Assembly (NCBI RefSeq): GCF_001194135.2
Contig: NC_068990.1
Location: 45,591,628-45,655,627, forward strand
Length of the DNA stretch: 64,000 nucleotides
Direction: 5' to 3'
Origin: Octopus bimaculoides
Taxonomy: Eukaryota
The position numbers and the translations under genes were made by a program. The notes below the pieces were generated by a model that did not search any database, was not told the DNA's origin, and worked only from the letters and a program-made list of their open reading frames with translations. This document shows, piece after piece, positions 1 to 10,847 of this stretch (its first letter is position 1; every line of letters starts with the position of its first letter).

Positions 1-336
1 CAGCGTGGCCAGTCTTCGCACTTCCGCCGCGTACTCATCCACCTGTTCTCCTCCCCATCTAATTGTTCCTAGTTTTACGAAGGCAGCGTAATCGCTCTCC
101 GTATACGCTTCTCTCAACCTCCGTTCAACGTTCTCCGCACTTAATCTCTCTTCCTCGTCCATTTCTAAGTACAGGGTCAGGGCGCTCCCTTCCAAGTATA
201 GAGCCATGAGACTCGCCACATCACTTATTCCTTGCAGCTTGGCAACGAGCCTAATTTTTCGAATCCAAGCCATGACATTTCCTTCGCCATTAAAAGGCCT
301 GATCACATCGCTGGTGACCCTAATCTTGGCTGCCAT
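1..336 (-). CDS. Gypsy LTR-retrotransposon Gag, N-terminal 112 codons (runs off the window edge)
   Basis: Hand translation from ATG at 336-334 is open to base 1: MAAKIRVTSDVIRPFNGEGNVMAWIRKIRLVAKLQGISDVASLMALYLEGSALTLYLEMDEEERLSAENVERRLREAYTESDYAAFVKLGTIRWGGEQVDEYAAEVRRLATL. It resembles invertebrate Gypsy Gag. The ORF track misses it because no stop lies in the window. The ATG is 36 nt inside the LTR-like segment 372-740. Confidence 0.85.
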   Translation of the reverse strand, partial: MAAKIRVTSDVIRPFNGEGNVMAWIRKIRLVAKLQGISDVASLMALYLEGSALTLYLEMDEEERLSAENVERRLREAYTESDYAAFVKLGTIRWGGEQVDEYAAEVRRLATL

Positions 337-359
337 CGCGGCGAATTTCTACACGTGGG

Positions 360-371
360 GCCGAAATAGCT
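360..371 (-). other. Putative primer-binding site immediately inside the 5' LTR
   Basis: The element-sense sequence directly after the LTR end (...ACCACA) is AGCTATTTCGGC. Its complement GCCGAAATAGCT is the first 12 nt of the conserved metazoan tRNA-Phe(GAA) as I recall it. Confidence 0.5.
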
Positions 372-740
372 TGTGGTGTGTGCGTACGAGTAGATGTAAT
401 CGCCTTACCTCGGTTTTCCTTTCGTCGACTGCGAGTCTGTCTTGCGGTATCCAATCCTTGAAGTTTGCCCCGACCCAAAGAACACCAGGGATAGCAGCTG
501 CTTCTCCCAAACCTAGACCGTCACTAGACACCTCTTGTCCTGTCCGTGACCCCGTTCGAAAGAGGGCACGAATCCCGATCGAGGCTCCCTCTGCCCTTTT
601 TCCTCTTCCGGTCAACTCGCCCTTCCGGTCAGNNNNNNNNNNAGGGCACGAATCCCGATCGAGGCTCCCTCTGCCCTTTTTCCTCTTCCGGTCAACTCGC
701 CCTTCCGGTCAGCCTCCCCAGACACTGACGTCATACCACA
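372..740 (-). mobile_element. 5' LTR of the Gypsy element
   Basis: On the minus strand it starts TGTGGT (740) and ends ACCACA (372), a perfect 6-bp terminal inverted repeat with TG...CA ends, directly upstream of gag. The 70-bp duplication across the 10-N gap (563-632 and 643-712) is probably an assembly overlap. Confidence 0.7.
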
Positions 741-1149
741 ACATCCTCCTCCTCCTCCTCATCATCATCATCACCATTAGCAACAGCAGCAGCAGCAGTA
801 GTAGTATCAAATTGACCAAAGAAATCAGAAGGATCTGTAGAAAAATGAAAGGGGATCTAGTCTGTTTGGTTGCTAGCATCAATTCTGTTCGAATTGATTT
901 CATATTCAGTGTAATGATACACCTTTATAGGCTAATGAATGACGTGAAAATCACTTTTGCTATAAATCAATAAATAAAGAGTTACTGGCAATTAAAGTTT
1001 GAAAATTTTAGCCAATTGTAAGCCTCAGACACATTCATGCCTGTTTCCACAGTAACAAGTGTGACATGAGAACTCTTTTGTCTGTGAGAGACACAGGCCT
1101 ATTTCCATAGTAACAAGCGGAAACCTCGCTTCTATGATGGAGACACTGA

Positions 1150-1985
1150 AAACGAACACTGAAAACATACTTTCAAGAAAATGATCTTATACCCAAAAGA
1201 AAACTATGTAAAAGGAAGAGGCATGCTATGTGTACAAAAAGACGTCATGGGAACATGTCCTGGTGATGCTCACGCTGAGAATGCATGGAGTCTGTGTCGG
1301 TGAGGAAAGACACATGGTTTGAAGGTAGCGCCCTTCCTCTTAGGACTGTAGTGCTCTTCCTTTACTCATGCATTAAGGAATTGACTTCAGTCTGGTTTCG
1401 TATTGAAGAACTGGGAATGTAGTACAGCCATTGATTATAACAGCTATGTTAGAGAAATATGTATGAAGAACTTGCTTCGTCATCCAATTCAAGCTAGTAG
1501 TTGGTCCTGGGAAGATCGTTGAGATCGACAAAACAGTCTTCTCAAGACGTAAGTACAGCTAAGAAAGGATCCTACCTGAGCAGTGGGTTTTCGGAGGAGT
1601 GTGTCATGAGACTAGACAGGTTTTGCTGTATACGATGCCATGTCAGAATCGTGACACACTGGAAGAATTCATATGTCACTTGATTCTTCCCGGAACCACA
1701 ATTTTCAGCGATTTGTGGAGGATGAACTCTCACATTCCTGAAACTGATGGTTACAATTTTGAATATAGAACACTGAGCCACAGCGTTGGGTTTGTTAACT
1801 GGAAAGATGGTACCCACACTCAAGAGTACATGGGCCTCTGCGAAGCGAGGTGATAAACAACACTGTGACACTCACCGTTCTTTAGTAGATTCATATCTCT
1901 GTGAATTTATGGGGTACAGAAGATACCAAAATTGTGATTTGTTTGAGACATTGATTGAATGTATTTCTAACTTTCGATTTTAATT
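1150..1985 (+). mobile_element. Degenerate Merlin (IS1595/ISXO2-like DDE) transposase
   Basis: Fragments across frames: SVRKDTWFEGS, GPGKIVEID, QWVFGGVCHET, ILPGTTIFSDLW, SHSVGFVNWKDGTHTQ, SYLCEF. Contains stops and frameshifts. Confidence 0.85.
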
Positions 1986-2433
1986 TTAAAAAGATTTTGT
2001 AAATATGTTGCTTATTGCATGCTTGAATGTTTGTTTTTTAGCACATTTTGTTCGCTCTTTTATTTTCATGAGTGACCGCTAACTCCAAAAGTTTTATATT
2101 CACTCTCTGTTTATTTCCCCATGTTCTTTCTGTTGAAGAATGTAGGCTCGAAACATAAAAGACTTTCTCACCTTCCCGAGCGTCAAACTAATACACCTGC
2201 TTGTTGTTTATACACCTGTCTTCGTCTTTTGTTTTTCTGTAAATTTCAACTATAACATATAAACATGTACATCTTTTAGAACATTGTCAATTTATAAGAT
2301 TTTGTTGGCAAATTTTAAAATTGAACATTTATTTACATGAAAGAAAATTACCGAACTTTTATCTAATTCTTCCAAATCTATCTGTTAAAAACAGTATTGA
2401 AACCATGGGAAAAATTGTAATGTGTTTATCGCA

Positions 2434-2760
2434 TTTGCATTAAATGCATGTTGAATGGTTAAAACTGAAAAATATGTGTTGTTTACTCATTACTTTTTGC
2501 CATTGAGATGTGCTAAAAATAACAGTTAAATAACATTTTTGGATAAATCTTTTAAATTCGTGCTATTGCATTAAATGCATGTTGAAAGCTTAAAACTACA
2601 AAATGTGTGTTGTTTACTCATTTCTTTTTGTCATTGAGGTGTGCTAAAAATGACAGCTAAATAACGTTTTTGGATAAATCTTTTAAGTTTTGTGCTATCG
2701 CAATGCTTAAAACTACAAAAGACGTGTTGTTTACTCTTTCTTGACAACATGTGCTATTTT
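2434..2760. repeat. Diverged tandem repeat, unit about 131 bp, about 2.4 copies
   Basis: TTGCATTAAATGCATGTTGAA...TTTTGGATAAATCTTTTAA recurs at about 2435 and about 2566, with a partial third copy from about 2697. Confidence 0.8.
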
Positions 2761-4979
2761 CCGGATGTTTTCGACAAAATGTGTGGTCACATAGAAAATG
2801 ACTGCTTCCAAATACTTGTTTCCTAATTGGGTGAATCAAACTTTAAACCTCTATAACTTTTTAAAACATTTTTCTGGAAAAAGTGAAATAACTCCAGCGA
2901 TTCAGCTTGGAAAAGGAGATTCTTGTGCCAAATTTTAAAATTTTCCATAAACTTTAACTTTTGAAATGCTGGCAACCAAACAAACTAGATCGATGAAAGG
3001 ATTTAAGGATGAAACACTCAACTTTGGCATATGACGTTTCTGGTGTCCAANNNNNNNNNNNNNNNNNNNNNNNNNNNNNNNNNNNNNNNNNNNNNNNNNN
3101 NNNNNNNNNNNNNNNNNNNNNNNNNNNNTGTGTGTGTGTGTGTGTGTGTTTGAGTGAGTGAGTGAAAGAAACAGATATCTGTATATGTGAAAGTGAGGCA
3201 AAGAGATAAATAGAGAGTACTGCCGAAGTCAAAGAAGGAGAATCGGTTGAAAACTGCAGTATTTTGGAGAATAACCCATGTAAAATTTTTTTTTATGGTT
3301 GGTTTGTCACATTACGCGGGAGCTCTGGGCAAAATGTTATAGTGCATGACCATCCATGGCACATAAGTAATGTGTGTGTAAAGTTTGGTTAAAATCGCTT
3401 AAAAACCGTAGAAAAGCATACGTATTACACACACAAGCACACACAGAGACATCCTATGTCTGTTGGTTTCAGACCTTCTAAGGTCTAACCACTGACCACA
3501 TTACAGCGACCTCCACCTTGGTCGCCACCATCATGTCCCTCACCAACGTCGTCAACAACATCTACACAGCACCAACACACCGCACTGATTCTAACATATC
3601 AATGTTCGTGAGTTCCTCACCAGGGTTAAAAGCAAATATACAACCCACGTAGATATATGAATAAATGTCCATCAACCACTTCCATTTATCATTCAACTTG
3701 TGTGTATATATATGTGTGGCCGGCATTAAAGACAGTTAAAGTTACCACCCTATTCCATGTGTTTCTTTATACCGTGTTCCTGTCTAATGATATTACAGCC
3801 TTTTTAGTAGACTCACATTAAATGGAATACAACCTATCCTTATATATATATANNNNNNNNNNNNNNNNNNNNNNNNNNNNNNNNNNNNNNNNNNNNNNNN
3901 NNNNNNNNNNNNNNNNNNNNNNNNNNNNNNNNNNNNNNNNNNNNNNNNNNNNNNNNNNNNNNNNNNNNNNNNNNNNNNNNNNNNNNNNNNNNNNNNNNNN
4001 NNNNNNNNNNNNNNNNNNNNNNNNNNNNNNNNNNNNNNNNNNNNNNNNNNNNNNNNNNNNNNNNNNNNNNNNNNNNNNNNNNNNNNNNNNNNNNNNNNNN
4101 NNNNNNNNNNNNNNNNNNNNNNNNNNNNNNNNNNNNNNNNNNNNNNNNNNNNNNNNNNNNNNNNNNNNNNNNNNNNNNNNNNNNNNNNNNNNNNNNNNNN
4201 NNNNNNNNNNNNNNNNNNNNNNNNNNNNNNNNNNNNNNNNNNNNNNNNNNNNNNNNNNNNNNNNNNNNNNNNNNNNNNNNNNNNNNNNNNNNNNNNNNNN
4301 NNNNNNNNNNNNNNNNNNNNNNNNNNNNNNNNNNNNNNNNNNNNNNNNNNNNNNNNNNNNNNNNNNNNNNNNNNNNNNNNNNNNNNNNNNNNNNNNNNNN
4401 NNNNNNNNNNNNNNNNNNNNNNNNNNNNNNNNNNNNNNNNNNNNNNNNNNNNNNNNNNNNNNNNNNNNNNNNNNNNNNNNNNNNNNNNNNNNNNNNNNNN
4501 NNNNNNNNNNNNNNNNNNNNNNNNNNNNNNNNNNNNNNNNNNNNNNNNNNNNNNNNNNNNNNNNNNNNNNNNNNNNNNNNNNNNNNNNNNNNNNNNNNNN
4601 NNNNNNNNNNNNNNNNNNNNNNNNNNNNNNNNNNNNNNNNNNNNNNNNNNNNNNNNNNNNNNNNNNNNNNNNNNNNNNNNNNNNNNNNNNNNNNNNNNNN
4701 NNNNNNNNNNNNNNNNNNNNNNNNNNNNNNNNNNNNNNNNNNNNNNNNNNNNNNNNNGGTCAGAGTAAAATTATGAGTAAAAGAGGTGATAGCGAAACAA
4801 TCAGTACACGGAGTCACGCACGCGAAAGCGCACGACTGAAAAAGTGTGGAAAGCGAAAAGCGAAAAAGAAGAAAGACGTGTACAATAAATTTAAATGTGT
4901 CAATGAATGAAACGGCAAAGATTCATAGAATCTGAAGTTTTGAGTGGTATCTGTTATTAAATAGAAAAATACAACAGAG

Positions 4980-5032
<53 letters not shown>

Positions 5033-5139
5033 GCAGGCAGACAGAAAATATAATCGATACAGAATTGAAAGCATGTATTTATAAGGCAAGTCCAAAGTAA
5101 TACATACATTTGTTTTCCAAAGAAGAAACCATACTAAAG

Positions 5140-6900
5140 ATGTTTAGATATCTTAAGGTAACTTGCATAGTATCAAGTGTTGTCTCGATGTATTTTGCGC
5201 TAATGTTATCTGTTGTAGAACTCATAATATATTCCACTCATCCACCCCCAGTTACTTGCCTATGTTCAATAGTCACAGAGACATAGATATCGTTACATCT
5301 GAACATTGCAGTGATGGAGAGTTACCTGACGATGGTGATGTTTCTTATAACTTTTGTAATAAATGCCATAGGAACCGCAGGATGTATGGAAACAAGTTTA
5401 ATTATTTTAAAATAGGAAATGATCTCACGTGTTTTGATTTTCATTTATGATAATATTAGCTTAATTACATTTACAAATTTGTATTTCTATTATGATTTCA
5501 CTTATACGGATTGAAAAGCTATCAGTTTCATTATTTAGATATCCAAATAACATTGCTGTGTTGCGGAGTAATGAGTCCACCAGATTATGGATCTTACACT
5601 GATTTATTCGGTAAAGATCTGTAGTGAAACCTCTTTCTCGGGCATTCAATCACAAATGATAACGAAGCTGCTAACATCTAGCCTTCAGCTGCCTTAGATC
5701 CTTGTGTCCACTACCCTGATTGGTTCTTATTTGCGCGGCAATTGTCCCCAGTTCTGCTTCGCGCCAGGGTGCATACCGTCCAATAGTGGCCTTCTAATAA
5801 GGTCACGTGAGAGAGTGATTGCTGCCTGTTCCCTGGAGCCCCCTGTACATCTATAAATAAGCCTGTTTGAACCCGCCAGTCGTCTTCGATTTCAGACCTC
5901 TCACAGGTCTGGTCGCTGACCACATACCAGCCAGCCAGTTTTCAGCAACGACGTTATCACCACCAAAGTACTGTCTACCACAATGTCGTCGCCAGCAACC
6001 TCACCATCAGAGTACACACCAATATCAACAAATACGGTTTTATCTCGACACTGTATGAGTGGATTATTTCCATCACGAACAACAGTCAGAACTAACCTAC
6101 GAGAATATTCCGCCCAGGTAACCGGTCGTAGCATCGACGCTCAACACACTCGACATGTGACACCACAGCTCTGCTTTCCGGCCACAACTTCCTGCGTATG
6201 AACATTCTATATCTTGTGTAATTCATATACGAACTGGTATTTCTCAATCTCAGTGTTTGAGACTTGTAGTCTATGTTACAGACACTCTTTCTATATTCTG
6301 TGTTCCTCTCTCTCACACACATATTGTACACACACTATTGCTTATACGACGATCTGTTATTTCATATTGTTGTATACATACTTTTGTACACGAAGGCCTG
6401 ACTTATCTACTGTGTTATTTATATATGCCGCATGCACGCACTACAGTTTCACTATGTTAATAAACTTACTCTATTTTTATATATAACGGTTGTCTGTCCT
6501 ACTCTGTACTTTTACTGGCACTTGGCTCGTATCCCTCATGACGAGCCTTCAACAATATATATCATGTTTTTGCGTTCGACCGTGCGACGCGTTAAAAGGA
6601 GCTTTTTCCGTCTCGTCGCCATTCTCCTTTGGTTCGCACGGTCGTTCTATTACAGATCTTTACTTGAAGTCGTGTTACTCTGATCTAGTTCTTTTCTCAT
6701 ATGACTGCTCTTCTTACAAAGCTCCAAGTTTCTGCACTGGTTGTATTGAAAATCTTCTAAGAAGCCGAAATACCAACTGCTATTGTTCGAAGAGATAATT
6801 GCAGGCCTGATTTGTTTATAAATAATCATAACGTTTTGTACTTTAAAGATTATTTAGGCATATCAATGAGAATATGGCCGAAAAGGAAGATATTGTATTT
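5140..6900 (+). pseudogene. Tetraspanin pseudogene, tandem paralogue of 14294-15079
   Basis: From ATG 5140: MFRYLKVTCIVSSVVSMYFALML, aligning with MFKCFKITCIVANVISVYFALML. In-frame TAG at 5284-5286 (Tyr in the intact copy) and 5413-5415 (Trp). A deletion/frameshift precedes LLCCGV (about 5540). The solo LTR splits the KDL codons, and the frame resumes as DLYLKSCYSD...YDCSS...TGC (6655-6750). Upstream (4760-5140 vs about 13930-14294) and downstream flanks also align. Confidence 0.92.
5620..6654 (+). mobile_element. Solo LTR (1035 bp), Gypsy-type
   Basis: TGTAGTGAA...TTCTATTACA termini (TG...CA with an imperfect inverted repeat). Exact 4-bp target duplication GATC at 5616-5619 and 6655-6658; the intact paralogue has a single GATC here. 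TATA-like TATAAATA at about 5854 and AATAAA at about 6459 suggest + orientation. Confidence 0.88.
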
Positions 6901-7013
6901 CATTGATAGAAGCTGGGTCGAGAGAGTGCATTCTTAATCCATGGTATAATTGGAAATTTTCTGGCAGAAATGTGCATTGTGTGGTAGGTACCTTAAACGA
7001 AGTGCAAAGACCT
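6898..7013 (+). mobile_element. 116-bp internal LINE fragment, inverted copy of 8139-8254
   Basis: Reverse complement of 8139-8254; the 95-nt core 6919-7013 has 3 mismatches. It encodes ...FWQKCALCGRYLKRS and is absent from the equivalent position of the intact tetraspanin. Confidence 0.85.
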
Positions 7014-7168
7014 ATACATATGTACCGAAGATGAAGACAAAAGAAAAATTACTGAAAACTTTTTCAAATAAATTTATCATTTTAACTAGTAAAGGAATAC
7101 GAGAATTACTGCGAATTTCAAAATTGTTATAGTTAAACGCATTGAAGCACACAAACGTACACACGGAT

Positions 7169-7218
<50 letters not shown>

Positions 7219-8054
7219 ATACATACATAAACATATAAATGATGGCAGTCGACTCGTTAAACGAATACGAACACGACTGACTAAATAAAATGTATCACAA
7301 CATTATATGTTGTGTGAGCGACAATAGCTCTTGAATCCTGCCAGCAACTAACTGAACTTGTTGCAAATTCGATATCCATACAAATTCTGACTAAGTGGTT
7401 ATTCTGGATCATTCCAATAATTTTCTCTGTGCATGCTCATGTGCCTAGTGATTTTTACACGTCTTCTGGAAGACAGTGTATGTGAGGTTGGCCCCAGCTA
7501 GAAACCTGTAATTTGGGCTTTCTGGATGTCTTCTCTGGTGGTTCATTGGGTCTGCGCAAGACATACATATGCGGCCACAGACATCACAAGCTGTAGGATC
7601 AATGGAATTGTCTTTTTGTGCTCATCTCCTTATGCGTGACCACTCGTTTTCATTTCTCTGCAATATGCTCACTCCGTATACACATGTAACAAATACCGTC
7701 GGTACATATGTATAGGTCTGTAGTGACACCTTATAGCAGACGACTGTTATATGTTCAATGTCCGGAGTTTTATCCACGCATGCGCAGGGACTAGTTCCGG
7801 AAGGAATACAGGAAGAGTCTCATGCGCATGCGTAGAGTTCGACACCCAGCTTTGACGCCTTTTCTCACCCTCTTGTTGACTGATCTCCGTCGAGCCAAGA
7901 CGTCCAACAGAGCTCTCTCACATGTCAGCACCAGAGCTTCACAAATAACCACGGAAATCATTCAGAAGGTGTCTCAGTAACCTAGGGCGACGAGCTACCG
8001 AATTCCCTCCAAGCGTGAACTGAATTCCACTGTAAATAAATATTGTTATGTTAT

Positions 8055-8700
8055 TCAGAATCTGCGTTCCGTTGTTTCTTCTAGAAATTTAATGTACGGA
8101 AGCGGTGTACACCTAATGGTGTATAACCACTTCCCTACAGGTCTTTGCACTTCGTTTAAGGTACCTACCATACAATGCACATTTCTGCCAGAAATTTTCC
8201 AATTATACCATGGATTCAGAATGCACTCTCTCGCCTTAGATCCTATCAATGAAAGTTAGCTGCTGTATCATTTTCTAGCACATGTATACACAATTCATCA
8301 CTGAATCATGCACACGCTCACTTAACGCTGCCTCGAAGCCAAAACCCAGACCCTGCTCTTTGTACGGAAGCGACATTGCATGCTATTCGATCCACTCGAA
8401 TAGGTACCTGCTGTCTTGTATAGATCGCCTAAAATTCTCTCTCCTGGTATTTATGATTTTTCTGGCCTTGCATCACATCCACATGTAACTTCACACTTTG
8501 CATTCACAGTTTTGAACGTTGTTCAATTTTTGCATTGTGCCCATTGCTGCAATAATTCATATTATCGTTCGTTTATCTTTTGACAAACTTTCTAAGGGAA
8601 AGAATGATGTAACGAATAGCTTCCTAGATTGTAAGCTAGGATTCGAAACCGAATCTACATCTTTCTACAAGTTCTTTCCTATTGTTCTCGGCTTTCACCC
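8055..8700 (-). mobile_element. Degenerate R4/Dong-like non-LTR retrotransposon fragment
   Basis: Minus-strand translation includes MSLPYKEQGLG (compare LYLPRKEGGRG) and LENFWQKCALYGRYLKRS (compare WxxKxLHGxYL) of the post-RT region. Many stops. Confidence 0.6.
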
Positions 8701-9179
8701 TGGGTGATTTATGAGTTAACCGCTAGTTTTAGATCAGTTCTATTGTTTAAGTGACTATTTCAAGTTAAGCTTAAGTCAAGGTAGATAGGAAACAGAAAGT
8801 CCTTTGTTTAACCTCACCTAATTTATTTAGAAAAAATGTAAACGTCGGACTAAAAATCGGTTCTACTTCTTGGTCACTTGGTGCTATCCAAAGAGCACAT
8901 CTGTATTTCCTCCCTTCACGTATGATTTTCTCCACGCCCCTGCACAAATTTGACCCTCTCTGCCTGTTAACACAGAGAGGTAAATCTTTTTACTCTTTTT
9001 TTCTCCTTCTTTCATCCATTCTTCTAGTAGCCAACAAAAGATGAACTTAGCAATAATCTGTGTACTACAACAACTTGAAGAAGTTGTATCTTACATTGCG
9101 ATGATGAAAATAAAGGGTCATTTCAATTAATATTTTTTCCTCTCATTCATTTACCACGTATAGATCGTTACACCTACCT

Positions 9180-9362
9180 ACCTACCTACCTACCTACCTA
9201 CCTACCTACCTACCGGCCTGCCTGCCTGCCTGCCTGCCTGCATACATACATACATACATACATACATGCATGCATGCATACATACATATATACATACATG
9301 CATACATACATACATGCATGCATGCATGCATGCATACATACATACATACATACATACATGAT
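9180..9362. repeat. Compound tetranucleotide microsatellite (CCTA)n(CCTG)n(CATA/CATG)n
   Basis: Directly visible. Confidence 0.95.
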
Positions 9363-9589
9363 GGCTGTTCACTCATGACCTAGGAAGATCATCACTGATA
9401 ATTGCCCATGCAAAATGTCAACAATGCCTATGCATAAGGTTATTGCATCCGCAGTCACTTCACTTGAGTTCACACCCGTAGCATCCATGCTTGCCGCATT
9501 GCTCCTCAACTTGACTGGGCATCGACTTGTCGCCTCGATAGCGATTGCGGAACCTGAATGTTTAAGTATAATAAACATTGCACAAAACT

Positions 9590-10380
9590 TCACAGACCCT
9601 CTCCATCCTATTGATATGATGCCAGAGCAAGATATCCAGTGCCAATATATAAAAGATATTGATCATGTCAAAAGCTTGGCATGGAGTACTGGTAAGTTTA
9701 TGACATCCCATTTTGAAGGCTATATCCATGCAGTCCAAGAACAAGAGAATCCCACCAAGTAACTACTGCATATAAGGCAGAAAACGTTAACAGATAACAA
9801 ATGTAGGCCTTGCAAAACCAAGATTGAAGACATCAACCACCTTATTGCCAACTGTGAGAGAATGTCTTCCAGATATTCAGTTGAGGCATGATACGGTGGC
9901 CAGAACAGTCTGGAACAAGAGAGCAAAAAGAAAAATATCCACAAACGAATTCGACCAATATTGAGACAGATGGGTCAAAATGATATTTGTGGAATTTAAA
10001 AATTAAAACAGTCACCAAGTTAAAACACAACTGGCCAGATATCGTTGTATGGGGTCACAAAGAAAAGATATACTCAGGTGTGGAAATCAGCTGCCCTCTG
10101 GACACTAATGTGGTTAGAAAAATACAAGACAGAGAACATCTATGGACCATTGATAAGGAGTTTGCAAATCCAGTACCGAAGATACACTTTCAGATTCCAT
10201 TCCTTTTATTAATGGAGCAACAGAATATGTACTAACCTGTCTGGAGCAAAGTAAGGCTGAATTTGGAATCTTGGGGAGAGAGTGTAAATCCTTAATTCAT
10301 ATGCAACAAATGATCACGATGTCTGGAACCACAAAAATTTGCAATACTTTCTTAAGCTTTAAAGGATGATTGTTAAAACA
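9590..10380 (+). mobile_element. R4/Dong-like LINE C-terminus (CCHC knuckle plus restriction-like endonuclease), degenerate
   Basis: EGYIHAVQEQE; KCRPCKTKIEDINHLIANC (C-x2-C...H...C); RHDTVAR; KHNWPDIVVW...VEISCPLD (PD..E motif). Contains frameshifts and stops. Confidence 0.85.
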
Positions 10381-10546
10381 AGACACTTTGCTTCACAATC
10401 TTGCTACTAAGTTGGTGGCCGGTCAAAATTTCCCCTAAATTAAGAGAAAAAGAACATACCTACATGAGTACATATCTGCATTTATACATCCATCCATCCA
10501 TCCATCCATACATACATACATACATATATACATGCATATTTACAAA

Positions 10547-10702
10547 CAGGGGCGGACTGAGAGTATTAAGGGCCCCCGGACATAACTTTACCGGGCCTCT
10601 TTGAATGTGTGTTTTAGGAGAGTTAACTTGTACAGTGCGGGCCCCTGAGAGCTCCAGGCCCTTGGGTAGTGACCGATTGACCGACGGCTCAGTCCGCCTC
10701 TA
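10547..10702. mobile_element. 156-bp MITE, hAT-like
   Basis: 15-bp TIRs CAGGGGCGGACTGAG and CTCAGTCCGCCTCTA (13/15). The flanking 8-mers TTTACAAA and CATACGAA (5/8) may be a decayed 8-bp TSD. Confidence 0.7.
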
Positions 10703-10847
10703 CATACGAACAAAAATACCCTGTTGATGTTGAAATTCCAGTGAAGGAGCCTTGGATCTAGGTTAGAAATCGGCTCTTTCTCTATTGGTAAGAAATCTTG
10801 AAATGAAACTGAACAAAGACATACATACAGACATACACACACATACA

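Noticed and set aside
563-712. Exact 70-bp direct repeat on either side of a 10-N gap inside the LTR
   Set aside because: This is the typical signature of unmerged overlapping contig ends, so it is probably not a real duplication.
206-973. 255-aa plus-strand ORF and 88-aa minus-strand ORF (349-615)
   Set aside because: These are antisense or off-frame readings of the Gypsy gag/LTR, run through an N gap and a microsatellite, and contain no recognisable domain.
2125-2160. Hammerhead-like TTGAAGA...CGAAAC motif (also CTGATGAGTCC at about 57563 and GGACGAAAC at about 13275)
   Set aside because: The catalytic core is incomplete and I could not build the stems. At most these are decayed Penelope-type ends.
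3822-4910. Long ORFs made of X (also at 24014-24524, 32709-33182, 43438-44369, 53872-54617 and 55637-56256)
   Set aside because: Artefacts of N gaps and (TA)n/(CA)n microsatellites.
7311-8057. Possible second solo LTR (CpG-rich, AATAAA near 8034)
   Set aside because: I could not find TG...CA ends with a consistent TSD. It is probably repeat-derived but unclassifiable by eye.
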